Positions 10,131 to 19,159 are shown, counted from the first letter of the stretch. The stretch: 45,504 nt of DNA from Opitutus sp. GAS368 (GCA_945906115.1 CAMDQP010000001.1:1-45504); one strand, 5' to 3'. The notes: generated by a model not told the origin, from the sequence alone. A program made the numbers and translations.

Positions 10131-10568
10131 TCAACGTCCGAGCATCCCTAGCCGCTCACGAACGAGGTCGGCGATACGCTCCTTGGACAGGAAGCTGGCT
10201 TGCGCATCAGAGATCACAACAAACGAGCCCAGCACCCTGCCGCTCCGGTCCACCAAGGTCAGGCGAAGCGAAACCTTGCCGACGGGAATGCCGGCGCTCA
10301 CCGGACGCGCGTACCAAGCGGCGTACAGGATCGCATCCGCTCCGGCCGGCTCCGTGGCCGCCACATATCCGCGGGACTGGAGCACCCGGACCGATGTGTC
10401 ATGGATGACGTCGCCGCAAAGGGCGAGGGCTGGCGAGGGGGCACCGATGGCTTCCTGGACGTAGACGCTTCGCACCAGGAGAGGCGGGGCGTCCGGACCG
10501 ACGCAGCCGGCCAGACCGAGCGCAAGGCAGCCCAGTAAGCGGCGGGTCACCTGCCTGAATCGGTGCAT
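10131..10568 (-). CDS. Small lipoprotein (145 aa), function unknown.
   Basis: ORF 10131..11129 trimmed to ATG 10568. Upstream of that point the frame is antisense to the HAD gene. The signal peptide plus lipobox reads MHRFRQVTRRLLGCLALGLAGC. The mature part alternates beta-like segments. Confidence 0.6.
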   Translation of the reverse strand: MHRFRQVTRRLLGCLALGLAGCVGPDAPPLLVRSVYVQEAIGAPSPALALCGDVIHDTSVRVLQSRGYVAATEPAGADAILYAAWYARPVSAGIPVGKVSLRLTLVDRSGRVLGSFVVISDAQASFLSKERIADLVRERLGMLGR

Positions 10569-10659
10569 AACTTGTTTATTACCCGTTCTCGCCCCGGGAC
10601 AAGCAGGGACATGATGGGACCTGTTGACCTTTGGGGTCAGCATCACTCCCCTTAACGCA

Positions 10660-11715
10660 ATGGCCCGCGTCCAAGCCGTCACCTTTGACCTAGCAGGCAC
10701 CCTGCTCTTCCCGCACCCGTCGGTCGGTGCCGTGTATGCGGCTTGCGCGAAGCGACATGGCATCGAAATCGAAGCCGCCGTCCTGGACGCGTCGTTTCCG
10801 TTGGCGTTCAAAGGCGGCCCGAAGAACGCCAAGCCCGAAGTCTTCTGGAAGGAAGTCGTGCAGCGTTGCTTTGGTCCGGCGCTCCCGGCCTCCAAGATTG
10901 ATCCGGTCTTCAAGGAATGCTGGGAAGCATTTGCCCGACCCGAATCCTGGCGCATGGCCCCTGGTTCGCTGCAGGCGATTTCCGCCATCCGTTTCCTCGG
11001 CGTGAAGGTCGGCGTCCTTTCCAACGCAGATGTGCGCATGCGAAAGGTGCTCGAAGGCCATGGGCTGACGCGGCACCTGGACGGTATCTTCCTGTCCGAA
11101 GAAACCGGGCACTCCAAGCCTGACCCCAAGGCCTTTGGTCAGGCTGCCCGTGCGCTCGGCAGCTCGGTCTCCGGCTTGGTGCACTTCGGCGACAGTCCGA
11201 CGGAAGACGGCGAAGGGGCCCGGGATGCCGGAGCCACCGGAGTCGTCGTCGGTGGCGCGCACGCGCCAGAACGTTGCCTGCGCAACGAAAAGATTTCCGA
11301 ATCACCCTACGCGATTCGGGCCTTGCTCACCGAAGGTAAACTCAAAGGGAAGTTCTCGCGTACCGTGCAGAACCTGCTGGCGAACCTCCGCGGCCTGCCT
11401 GAAGACCGCGGTCGCTCCACTGATCGCGCGATGAAGACGATCGACGACGCCGTGCAGGACGCCTTCAAGAAGCTCCGGCTGGACAAACCCGTACCGGAGA
11501 CGGCCATCGTGGCCCATTGGCTGGAACTACTCCCGCTCAAGCTGGCCAAACGCTCCGCCCCTCTCCGCGTGCTCGAAGGCGGCAAGCTCGTCGTCCAGTG
11601 CGAGAACTCCGTGATTAAATCCGAAATCCGCTTCCACGAGCGGGCGATGCTAGCCAAGATTAGGCTACTGCGCGGATGTCAGGAGGTCAGGACAATCAGC
11701 TTCGTGAACGCCTGA
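10660..11715 (+). CDS. Fusion protein: HAD-superfamily phosphatase (N-terminal) plus a DUF721/DciA-like domain (C-terminal).
   Basis: HAD motif I is VTFDLAGTLL. Motif II is the VGVLSN region. Motifs III/IV are SKPDPKAF...HFGDSPTEDGEGARDAG. The C-terminal ~110 aa (IDDAVQDAFKKLRL...IVAHWLELLPLKLAKRSAPLRVLEGGKLVVQCENSVIKSEIRFHERAMLAKIRLLRGCQEVRTISF) match the DUF721 pattern. There is no stop codon between the two parts. The start is trimmed to ATG 10660; the ORF track uses TTG 10624. Confidence 0.75.
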   Translation: MARVQAVTFDLAGTLLFPHPSVGAVYAACAKRHGIEIEAAVLDASFPLAFKGGPKNAKPEVFWKEVVQRCFGPALPASKIDPVFKECWEAFARPESWRMAPGSLQAISAIRFLGVKVGVLSNADVRMRKVLEGHGLTRHLDGIFLSEETGHSKPDPKAFGQAARALGSSVSGLVHFGDSPTEDGEGARDAGATGVVVGGAHAPERCLRNEKISESPYAIRALLTEGKLKGKFSRTVQNLLANLRGLPEDRGRSTDRAMKTIDDAVQDAFKKLRLDKPVPETAIVAHWLELLPLKLAKRSAPLRVLEGGKLVVQCENSVIKSEIRFHERAMLAKIRLLRGCQEVRTISFVNA

Positions 11716-12108
11716 TCAGTTCGACATTGGCTCGAAGGGCTTCTGGAATACGTCCTTAAATTCGTAGACTTCCTTGAAGGCCTCGAGGTTGTCCTCGGGC
11801 GAGCGACCGAACATGCCGGTCTCGATGATATTAAAGACGATGTTGCCGACGTCGGCCGACTTCCGGAGACCCCAGTTATGGAGGAGCGGATAAGACATCG
11901 GTCCGTAGGTCTCGAGCACGTGCTGACGGAAACCTTCAAGTAACTGCGGGCCGCTGACGTGCCGGTTCGTAGTACTCTTGCCTTTTTTCGGCTCACCGTG
12001 CGTGAGCTTCTGCGCGAGGTCGAGCCCGAGGCGAACCACGTCATAAGCCTGGGGCTGATAACGGGGGTCCTTCTGGCGGATGATGCGGACAGCTTCGTCG
12101 AAATCCAT
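11716..12108 (-). CDS. Minf_1886-type conserved hypothetical protein (family restricted to Planctomycetes/Verrucomicrobia, recalled from memory).
   Basis: The 130-aa product contains HVSGPQLLEGFRQHVLETYGPMSYPLLHNWGLRKSADVGNIVFNIIETGMFGRSPEDNLEAF, a pattern I associate with that family. It starts 2 nt after the hisC stop. Confidence 0.6.
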   Translation of the reverse strand: MDFDEAVRIIRQKDPRYQPQAYDVVRLGLDLAQKLTHGEPKKGKSTTNRHVSGPQLLEGFRQHVLETYGPMSYPLLHNWGLRKSADVGNIVFNIIETGMFGRSPEDNLEAFKEVYEFKDVFQKPFEPMSN

Positions 12109-12110
12109 GA

Positions 12111-13199
12111 TCAGAGTTTGGCTAGTTCGGAGAGCAGGCGGGCGTTCTGCGCTTCGGTGCCGACGGTCAGGCGGAGCCAGCCCGTCATGCCGTAACCGCG
12201 GAGCGGCCGCACGATCACGCCGGCCTTCTGCAGGAGGGTGAAAGCCTCCTCGGCCTTCGGGATCTGCGCGGCGAGGAAGTTGGCCTTTCCGTCGATGTAG
12301 GCGAAGCCGAGCTGCTTGAGGCCGGCGGACAGCTGCGCGATACCCGCGTCGTTTACTTCGCGGGTGCGACGAACGAAGGCATCGTCATCGAGGGCGGCTT
12401 CGGCGGCGGCAAGCGCCGGGAGGTTCACGTTGAACGGCTGACGGACGCGATTAAGGATGCCACAGACCTCGACCGAACCCAGCAGGTACCCGATGCGCAG
12501 TCCAGCGAGTCCATACGCCTTGGAGAAGGTGCGGGAAAGCACGACCTTACGGCCCGACTGCATGAGCGGACGTAAATCGGCGGAAGCTTCGAGGTATTCC
12601 GTGTACGCCTCGTCGAGACAGAAGATTACGTCCTCCGGCAAGGAAGCGGCGAAGGCGAGGATGTCGGCCGGATCGTCGGTGCCACCGGTCGGATTATTCG
12701 GACTAGCCAGGAAGACGAGGCGGGTCTTCGGAGTGACCGCGGCGCGCATGGCCTTGAGGTCATGGCGATAGCCAGGCATCGGGACTTCGACCGGTGTCGC
12801 ACCGAAGAGCATCGTTGCGAGCTTGTAAACGATGAAGGCTTGCGAACCGAACACCACTTCGTCGCCCGGGCGAAGGAAAGCCTGCGCCAGCATGATCATC
12901 ACCTCGTTCGAACCGTTGCCGATGACGAAATTACCCGGCTCCAGCGACCACTTCGTCGCTAATTTCTCGCGGAGGAAGGTGCAGCCGCCATCGGGATAAA
13001 GGTGACAATGTTCGAGTGCCTTGCGGGCGGCGGCTAAGCCAAGGGGCGAAGGGCCTAGGGGATTCTCATTGGAGGCGAGCTTGATGACGGCCGCGGGATC
13101 TAGGCCGAACTCACGGGCGACGACCTCGATGGGACGGCCGGCCTCGTAGACGGGTTGGGTGAGCACAGGGCGATTGGCTAGGTCTGAATAGGAAGCCAT
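12111..13199 (-). CDS. hisC: Histidinol-phosphate aminotransferase.
   Basis: ORF trimmed to ATG 13199 (MASYSDLANR...). It contains LASNENPLGPSP and the PLP-lysine motif SRTFSKAYGLAGLRIGY. Confidence 0.93.
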   Translation of the reverse strand: MASYSDLANRPVLTQPVYEAGRPIEVVAREFGLDPAAVIKLASNENPLGPSPLGLAAARKALEHCHLYPDGGCTFLREKLATKWSLEPGNFVIGNGSNEVMIMLAQAFLRPGDEVVFGSQAFIVYKLATMLFGATPVEVPMPGYRHDLKAMRAAVTPKTRLVFLASPNNPTGGTDDPADILAFAASLPEDVIFCLDEAYTEYLEASADLRPLMQSGRKVVLSRTFSKAYGLAGLRIGYLLGSVEVCGILNRVRQPFNVNLPALAAAEAALDDDAFVRRTREVNDAGIAQLSAGLKQLGFAYIDGKANFLAAQIPKAEEAFTLLQKAGVIVRPLRGYGMTGWLRLTVGTEAQNARLLSELAKL

Positions 13200-13296
13200 G
13201 AATGAAGTAACCAATGTGACTGTTGGTCCAATTGGCAAGCGAGAGCGATCGCCCTCCCCGCTTGCCACTGGCACGACCGAGGCTTAAGCGTGCACC

Positions 13297-14262
13297 ATGA
13301 AACTCGTCGTCACCGGCGCCTCCGGATTCCTTGGTCGCGAGGTCTGTCTCGCCGCCTTGCGACGCGGACACGAAGTCCTGGCGCTGGGCGGGACCCGCGC
13401 GCCGACGATCCCGGGCGTGGCGCAGGCGCGGGCGTTCGACCTCTGCTCCGAGGCCGCCCTCGAAGCCCTGGTGCTCGAAGAGTTCCCTCAAGCGGTCGTG
13501 CATTGCGCCGCCCTGCCGACGATCGAAGCCTGCCTGGCTGACCCCACGCGCGCCATGGTACTCAACTCCGACGTCCCGAAAAAGTTCGCGCAGCTGTGCT
13601 TCCACCTCGGCGCCAAACTTGTCCACCTTTCGACCGACACCGTCTTCGACGGCATCGCGGGTAGCTATCAGCCCACCGACCAACCCGCCCCCCTCAACCT
13701 CTATGGGGAGACCAAGGCGGCCGCCGAAGTCGATGTCCTGCGTTACGGCCGGGAACATGCCGCCGTGCTGCGCACCTCGCCGATTATTGGCAACTCGGTC
13801 AGCGGCGACCGCGGATTACATGAACGACTGTTCGCCTCCTGGAAGGAAGGCAAGTCGACCACTTTATTCACCGACGAGATTCGCCAGCCTGTCGAGGTGT
13901 CGAACCTCGCGGACGTCACCATTGAACTTTGCGAACGCAGCAACCTCTCGGGGCTCTATCACTGGGCAGGCACTGAAGCCATGAGCCGATATGAGATTGG
14001 CGTCCGGATCGCCCGGCATTTTGGACTTAATGCCGATGCCCTCGTGCGATCAATCAGCCGCGCAGAAGTACCCTCCGCTTCCGCCCGTCCGCGCGACCTC
14101 AGCCTGCGCCTACACCCATTGGCGGGAAAGCTTCGCACCCAGGCCCAATCCTTCAACGAACAACTCGCACCACTCCGTATTCCTCGCGGCAGTGAAGAAT
14201 GGTACGAGAAAGAGACTGGTCGAAAGGTCGTGCGTCGGCTGGAAAAAGGCGTAGACTTCTGA
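13297..14262 (+). CDS. NAD(P)-dependent SDR, RmlD-like (dTDP-4-dehydrorhamnose reductase / MAT2B-like family).
   Basis: It has MKLVVTGASGFLG, a short-chain extended-SDR layout, and a YGETKAAAE catalytic YxxxK. No other rml genes are nearby. Confidence 0.75.
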   Translation: MKLVVTGASGFLGREVCLAALRRGHEVLALGGTRAPTIPGVAQARAFDLCSEAALEALVLEEFPQAVVHCAALPTIEACLADPTRAMVLNSDVPKKFAQLCFHLGAKLVHLSTDTVFDGIAGSYQPTDQPAPLNLYGETKAAAEVDVLRYGREHAAVLRTSPIIGNSVSGDRGLHERLFASWKEGKSTTLFTDEIRQPVEVSNLADVTIELCERSNLSGLYHWAGTEAMSRYEIGVRIARHFGLNADALVRSISRAEVPSASARPRDLSLRLHPLAGKLRTQAQSFNEQLAPLRIPRGSEEWYEKETGRKVVRRLEKGVDF

Positions 14263-14264
14263 GG

Positions 14265-14960
14265 ATGGACGTTCTCCCGCGTCAAGCCGCCGACGCCGTC
14301 GCCAACATGGCGGCGGACCTTTTGCTCTTGGAGTCCTATTCTGCGCCTAAGAACATTCGCTTCCGCGCCTATGCCTGGTCGGCCCCCGCCTTCACTTTTG
14401 GGGTATCGCAGTCGTGGGCCAAATACCGCGAAATCGTGCCCGCCCGCTACCCCCTCGTCCGACGCAGCACCGGCGGCGGCCTGGTTTCGCACCTAGATGA
14501 TTGGACGTTCGCCTTGGTAATTCCAGACGGACACCCTCTTTTTAAAGCTGATGCGATGGCCAGCTATGCCGCCGTGCATGAAGCCCTACTCCTAGCCCTC
14601 CTGCTCCAAGGCCAGCCGGTGCAGCTGGCACCCATGCCCTCGGGCACCCGTGATTTCCAATCGCCGGACGATTGCGCGCAACGCGCCGAACCCAACGACC
14701 TAGTCCGCAGCGATGACGGGCGCAAGGTAGCCGGTGCCGCCCAGAAACGCACTCGGTGCGGTCTGCTGATCGAAGGCTACATTTGGCGCCCCTTCCTGCC
14801 CGACTGCGATTGGGGCCGCTTTGAGAAGGACTTCGTTCGGACACTCAGCGCTGTGCTAAAAAGCCCGGCTGTTTCCGTACCCGAACCGACCTATCATCAG
14901 TTCGACCACGAAGGGACCTGGGCAAAGTTCGCCTCCCGGGACTGGAACGAGCGGATCTAA
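14265..14960 (+). CDS. Biotin/lipoate A/B protein ligase family protein (LplA/LipM-like).
   Basis: ORF trimmed to ATG 14265. RRSTGGGLVSHLDDWTFALVIP resembles the LplA RRxSGGGAVYHD motif. KVAGAAQKRTRCGLLIEG resembles the catalytic Lys region. The product is 231 aa. Confidence 0.7.
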   Translation: MDVLPRQAADAVANMAADLLLLESYSAPKNIRFRAYAWSAPAFTFGVSQSWAKYREIVPARYPLVRRSTGGGLVSHLDDWTFALVIPDGHPLFKADAMASYAAVHEALLLALLLQGQPVQLAPMPSGTRDFQSPDDCAQRAEPNDLVRSDDGRKVAGAAQKRTRCGLLIEGYIWRPFLPDCDWGRFEKDFVRTLSAVLKSPAVSVPEPTYHQFDHEGTWAKFASRDWNERI

Positions 14961-17482
14961 GCAAAGAGATCGAGCTCCGGACCGGCTTCCTTGGCCTTTG
15001 GCTTAGGCGTAGCGGGCTTCTTGGGCTCAACGGCTGGCCTAGGCACTCCGGCCATCGGCAAGGCCTTGGCGGGCAAGCCTGAGCCAGCCTCAAGCCCTGC
15101 CAAGATTTCCCGGGCACGCTGGACGACCGCCGGGGGCATACCGGCCAACCGGGCGACCTGGATACCGTAAGAACGGTCAGCCGCACCCGGGACCACCCTG
15201 CGGACAAAGACGATCTCGTCCTTCCACTCCTTGACGGCGACGGACCAGTTGCGCAGCCGCTGCATGGAGTCGGCTAGTTTGGTCAGTTCGTGATAGTGGG
15301 TGGCGAAAAGGGTGCGCGGTCCGGCTTCGGCGCCACCGTGGAGATGCTCGGCCACGGCCCAAGCGATGCTGATACCGTCATAGGTGCTTGTGCCGCGACC
15401 GATCTCGTCCAGCACCACCAAAGAACGCGTCGTGGCATTATTCAAGATATTGGCGGTCTCGTTCATCTCGACCATGAAGGTCGAGTTGCCCCGCGAAAGT
15501 TCGTCAGACGCGCCGACGCGGCAGAAGATCCGGTCGACGAGGCCAATTCGCGCAGAAGCGGCCGGCACCCAGCAACCAAGATGGGCGAGCATGGCAATGA
15601 GTGCGACCTGGCGGATGTAGGTCGACTTGCCGGCCATGTTCGGTCCGGTGAGCAAGGCGATCTGCTCACCAGTGCTACTCAGGCGGGTGTCGTTGGGGAC
15701 GAACGAACCAGCGCCCGGACGAGCTTGCAGCATCCGCTCCACGACAGGATGGCGGCCTTGCTCAATCTCCAGCGTATCAGTGTCGTCGACGATGGGTTTG
15801 GTCCAGTTGGCTTCGCGAGCGAGTTCGGCCCAGCCACGGACGATATCGACCTCGGCGACCGCCTGCGCCGTGGCCAACAAAGACTCTGTGCGGGCAATGA
15901 CTTCAGCGAGGAGGGCCTGGAAGAGTTCGGTCTCGCGGGCGAGCGCCTGTTCGTCGGCCCGCAGGACCTCGCGTTCCTTGGTCCGGAGTTCTTCGGTCGT
16001 GAAGCGCTCGGCATTCACCATGGTCTGCTTGCGGATATAATCGGCGGGCACCGCCGCGAGATTGGCCTTGGTGATCTCGATGGCGTAGCCGAAGGCACCG
16101 TTGTAACGGACCTTCAGCGACTTGATGCCCGTCCGGTGCTGCTCGTTGCGCTCGAACTCGGCGATCCAGCCCTTGCTGTCGGAGGCGAGCGAACGCAGTC
16201 GATCGAGTTCGCCGTCGAAACCTGCTCGAAGTGCCCCACCTTCACTCAGATCGACAGGGAGCTCATCGCCCAAGGCGGACTCGAGCCTTGCGAGGAGTTC
16301 AGGCTCGGGATTGATGCGGCCGGCCTGTTCGGCGAGCGCGCCTCCCGGAAGAGCCAGCAGTTCTTCCCGGATCGGAGGAAGGGAGCGAAGCGTATCGCGG
16401 ACACCGCCGAGTTCGCGCGGATTCCGGAGGCGGTTCTGCAAGCGAGCGAGGATGCGGGCGATATCGCGGACACCACGCAGCGCTTCACCGACGCGGGAGG
16501 AGGCGCCGGGATGCTTAAAGAATTCGCCGACGGCGTTCTGGCGTTGGGCGATCGTGGCGAGGTCGGTCGAGGGCTCGGCCAGCCAGAGCGCCAGCAAACG
16601 GGCTCCCGAGGGAGTCTCCGTCCGGTCGATCGTCTCGAGCAGCGAACCTTCGCGCGAGCCATTGGAAGATACGAAGAGTTCGAGGTTACGGGAAGAGGCC
16701 GCATCCAGCAGGACGGACGAACCCAGCTTAGTCTCAATCAGGCGGAAAAGATTCTTCGGACGGTCGCAGAGCGAATCGGTGACATAACCCAGGACGGCGC
16801 CCGCCACGCCCAAGGCGGGATGTTCTTCGGTCAGACCAAAACCCGCGAGGCCATGGACCGAGAGGGTCTGGGCGACGAGCCGAGCGCCGGCGGTACCATC
16901 AAAGTTCCATCCAGGCAGACGGGAGACGGCCCTCCCTTGCAGAAAGACCTCCAGCGCTTCACGATGTTCAGCGGGAGGCTCGAGTCCCTCCGGGAGGATA
17001 ATCTCCCGGGGAGAGACCGAGTGAAGCAAAGGGAGCAAGCGCGCGGGAGAGGCATCCGTCGCTAGCCGAAAGTCGGCCGTCGATACATCCAGCCAGGAAG
17101 CATGCCAACCCTGCTTATCCCAAGAGATAGCCGCCAGGTAGTTTCCCCGACGTGAATCGAGCTGCGAATCTTCAAGCGCCGTGCCAGGAGTTAGGATGCG
17201 GGTCAGGCCACGACGGACCAGCTTGCCGGCGACCGGTGCTTCGAGTTGATCGCAGATCGCGACCTTCCAGCCGGCCGCCAGGAGACGGTTCACGTAGGCG
17301 GGAGCGGCATGGTGCGGCAAGCCGGCCATCGGCGTCTCGTGACGCTTCGTGAGCGTCAGCCCTAAGACCTTGGCTGCCACCACGGCATCCTCGCCGAAGA
17401 CCTCATAGAAGTCGCCCAGGCGAAAAAACAGGACCGTGCCCGGGGAGAGTTTCTCACGAAACTCGCGGTACTGACTCTGCAT
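14957..17482 (-). CDS. mutS: DNA mismatch repair protein MutS.
   Basis: ORF trimmed to ATG 17482 (MQSQYREFREK..FFRLGDFYEVF). It has the Walker A motif GPNMAGKSTYIRQ, then STFMVEM, LVVLDEIGRGTSTYDG and FATHYHEL. Confidence 0.97.
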   Translation of the reverse strand: MQSQYREFREKLSPGTVLFFRLGDFYEVFGEDAVVAAKVLGLTLTKRHETPMAGLPHHAAPAYVNRLLAAGWKVAICDQLEAPVAGKLVRRGLTRILTPGTALEDSQLDSRRGNYLAAISWDKQGWHASWLDVSTADFRLATDASPARLLPLLHSVSPREIILPEGLEPPAEHREALEVFLQGRAVSRLPGWNFDGTAGARLVAQTLSVHGLAGFGLTEEHPALGVAGAVLGYVTDSLCDRPKNLFRLIETKLGSSVLLDAASSRNLELFVSSNGSREGSLLETIDRTETPSGARLLALWLAEPSTDLATIAQRQNAVGEFFKHPGASSRVGEALRGVRDIARILARLQNRLRNPRELGGVRDTLRSLPPIREELLALPGGALAEQAGRINPEPELLARLESALGDELPVDLSEGGALRAGFDGELDRLRSLASDSKGWIAEFERNEQHRTGIKSLKVRYNGAFGYAIEITKANLAAVPADYIRKQTMVNAERFTTEELRTKEREVLRADEQALARETELFQALLAEVIARTESLLATAQAVAEVDIVRGWAELAREANWTKPIVDDTDTLEIEQGRHPVVERMLQARPGAGSFVPNDTRLSSTGEQIALLTGPNMAGKSTYIRQVALIAMLAHLGCWVPAASARIGLVDRIFCRVGASDELSRGNSTFMVEMNETANILNNATTRSLVVLDEIGRGTSTYDGISIAWAVAEHLHGGAEAGPRTLFATHYHELTKLADSMQRLRNWSVAVKEWKDEIVFVRRVVPGAADRSYGIQVARLAGMPPAVVQRAREILAGLEAGSGLPAKALPMAGVPRPAVEPKKPATPKPKAKEAGPELDLFA

Positions 17483-17552
17483 CGGGGTTTCTTTTTCCAC
17501 TGCGAGCAGGGAAACTCTCCGCAAACGCGTGCGCAAGAACGGACTACCCTCC

Positions 17553-17571
17553 CCCGCCCCCGCGGGGCGGG
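17553..17571. repeat. Perfect GC inverted repeat (8-bp stem, 3-nt loop) between the phoH2 stop and the mutS start.
   Basis: CCCGCCCC (17553-17560), cgc, GGGGCGGG (17564-17571). No U-tract follows on the minus (transcribed) strand, so it is not a canonical intrinsic terminator. Confidence 0.5.
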
Positions 17572-17578
17572 AAGTTGC

Positions 17579-19114
17579 TCACATCAGCTGGGCGGCCAGC
17601 TCGGACAGGGCGCTGCGGACGCCACTGATCAGTCGCACGTTGGCGATGATAGCATGGCCCTTCATGCGCTCATGGGTATGAATGAGCCCGTTGGACTTAC
17701 CGTCGAGGTAAGGGGTATCGACCTGATCCAAGTCTCCGATGAGGACGACCTTGGAGCCCTCCCCGATGCGCGTGATGACCGTCTTGGCTTCGTGCGGGGT
17801 CATGTTCTGCGCCTCGTCGACGATCATGAAGGCATGACCGATTGAGCGACCGCGGATGAAGGTCATCGCTTCGATTTCGATAAGACCCGAGTCGATGAGC
17901 CATTGATAGGGCTTACGGGGCTGACTAACGGCCTGAAATTGCGAACCGAAGATCGGCTGCGGCGCTTTCATCGCCTGGGCCTTCTTCTGTCGACGTTGCG
18001 AATCGGTGGCCACTGCCTCCTTGGCCAACGGCATGGGCGCGGAGTTTCCGTTCTTCGAGAAGAGGACCTCAAGGTTGTCGAAGTAAGGTTGGATGTAAGG
18101 CGAAAGTTTTTCCTCCTTGGTGCCGGGAAGCGCACCGATGTCCTTACCGATCTGCACGACCGGACGGGAAACGTAGAGCTTCTTGTAAGGTGAGAAATCG
18201 CTGAGCACCTGCGAGAGCGCGGCGGCGATGGAAAGAAAAGTCTTACCGGTGCCGGCACGACCGAAGCAGGTGACGAGACGGATTTCGGGATTAAGGAGAG
18301 CGTCGAGAAAGATCCATTGCTCAAAGTTCTTGGGGATGACGCGCATGCCGCGGGGCATCTGAAGACCTTTGCGGGCACCGCTGTCCGAAGACATGAACTC
18401 GCGATAGAGTCCGAGGGGAACGAAAGCGCCTTCACCGACGTGGCGAGCCGGCTCGGTCCACGAGTCGGACGTGAACATCACGTATTCGTTCAAGATAAGG
18501 GGCGGCTCTTCCTTCACCTTCACCTGCACCTGGCCGAGTTCGCGGAAATCGCGCATGGCTGCGGCTGTCACCTTGATGGTGCGGTATTCACCCTCGTCGC
18601 TGGTCTCAACGCGGTCGTTACGATAATCCTGGACGTCCACCCCGAGGGCTTGGGCCTTGAGCGCCATGCAAGCGTCCTTGGTGACGAGGATCACCGGACC
18701 CTTCGAGGTGTCGCGCATGTAGATTGCGGAAGCGATGATGCGATGGTCTGGGGCGTCGACCTGCATGAACACGGCGCGGACTCGTTCGGCCTTGGCTCCG
18801 TTGAAGTGGTCGCGGATGAGCGACTCATTAATGACGATGCGGAGTTCACCGCCGTCGCAAAGCTTCGCGTGCAGGGCGCCGGGTTTCGTCGGGTCGCCAT
18901 CCACAATCTCCTTTAATGGACGATTCTCAAAGAGACTTCGGATTGACCGATTAACCCGTCGCGCGCTGGCGCCGAGTTGACCTTGCTGGGTCTTCAGACG
19001 ATCGAGCTCAGACAAGACCTCGACAGGCACAGCGACAATGTGCTCGTCGAACTTGAACAGGGACTCGGGATCGTGAATTAGTACGTTGGTGTCCAGGACG
19101 TAAGTCTTTTTCAC
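17579..19114 (-). CDS. PhoH2-type protein: N-terminal PIN nuclease domain fused to a PhoH ATPase domain.
   Basis: The PIN N-terminus is KKTYVLDTNVLIHDP...VLSELD. The PhoH Walker A is GRAGTGKTFLSIAAAL. Further on are IVDEAQNMTPHE and GDLDQVD. A GTG start at 19114 is preceded by GAGGAG. Confidence 0.9.
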   Translation of the reverse strand: MKKTYVLDTNVLIHDPESLFKFDEHIVAVPVEVLSELDRLKTQQGQLGASARRVNRSIRSLFENRPLKEIVDGDPTKPGALHAKLCDGGELRIVINESLIRDHFNGAKAERVRAVFMQVDAPDHRIIASAIYMRDTSKGPVILVTKDACMALKAQALGVDVQDYRNDRVETSDEGEYRTIKVTAAAMRDFRELGQVQVKVKEEPPLILNEYVMFTSDSWTEPARHVGEGAFVPLGLYREFMSSDSGARKGLQMPRGMRVIPKNFEQWIFLDALLNPEIRLVTCFGRAGTGKTFLSIAAALSQVLSDFSPYKKLYVSRPVVQIGKDIGALPGTKEEKLSPYIQPYFDNLEVLFSKNGNSAPMPLAKEAVATDSQRRQKKAQAMKAPQPIFGSQFQAVSQPRKPYQWLIDSGLIEIEAMTFIRGRSIGHAFMIVDEAQNMTPHEAKTVITRIGEGSKVVLIGDLDQVDTPYLDGKSNGLIHTHERMKGHAIIANVRLISGVRSALSELAAQLM

Positions 19115-19159
19115 ATCTCCTCACGTGACCAAAATTGGAGAGAGCGCAATCCGTAAAAA

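Noticed and set aside
10569-11129. An upstream extension of the minus-strand ORF that would give a 332-aa protein instead of the 145-aa lipoprotein.
   Set aside because: The extension is antisense to the HAD domain coding region. A textbook signal peptide plus lipobox begins at the internal ATG 10568.
11713-11718. The TGATCA palindrome at the junction of two genes.
   Set aside because: It is simply the two abutting stop codons (TGA on each strand). It is already counted under the convergent-junction observation and is not a separate regulatory site.
15290-17065. A 591-aa ORF on the + strand, entirely inside mutS on the opposite strand.
   Set aside because: It is a shadow ORF typical of high-GC DNA. 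It is antisense to a gene with unmistakable MutS motifs, its composition is Arg/Gly/Asp/Ala-rich, and it has no recognisable motifs.
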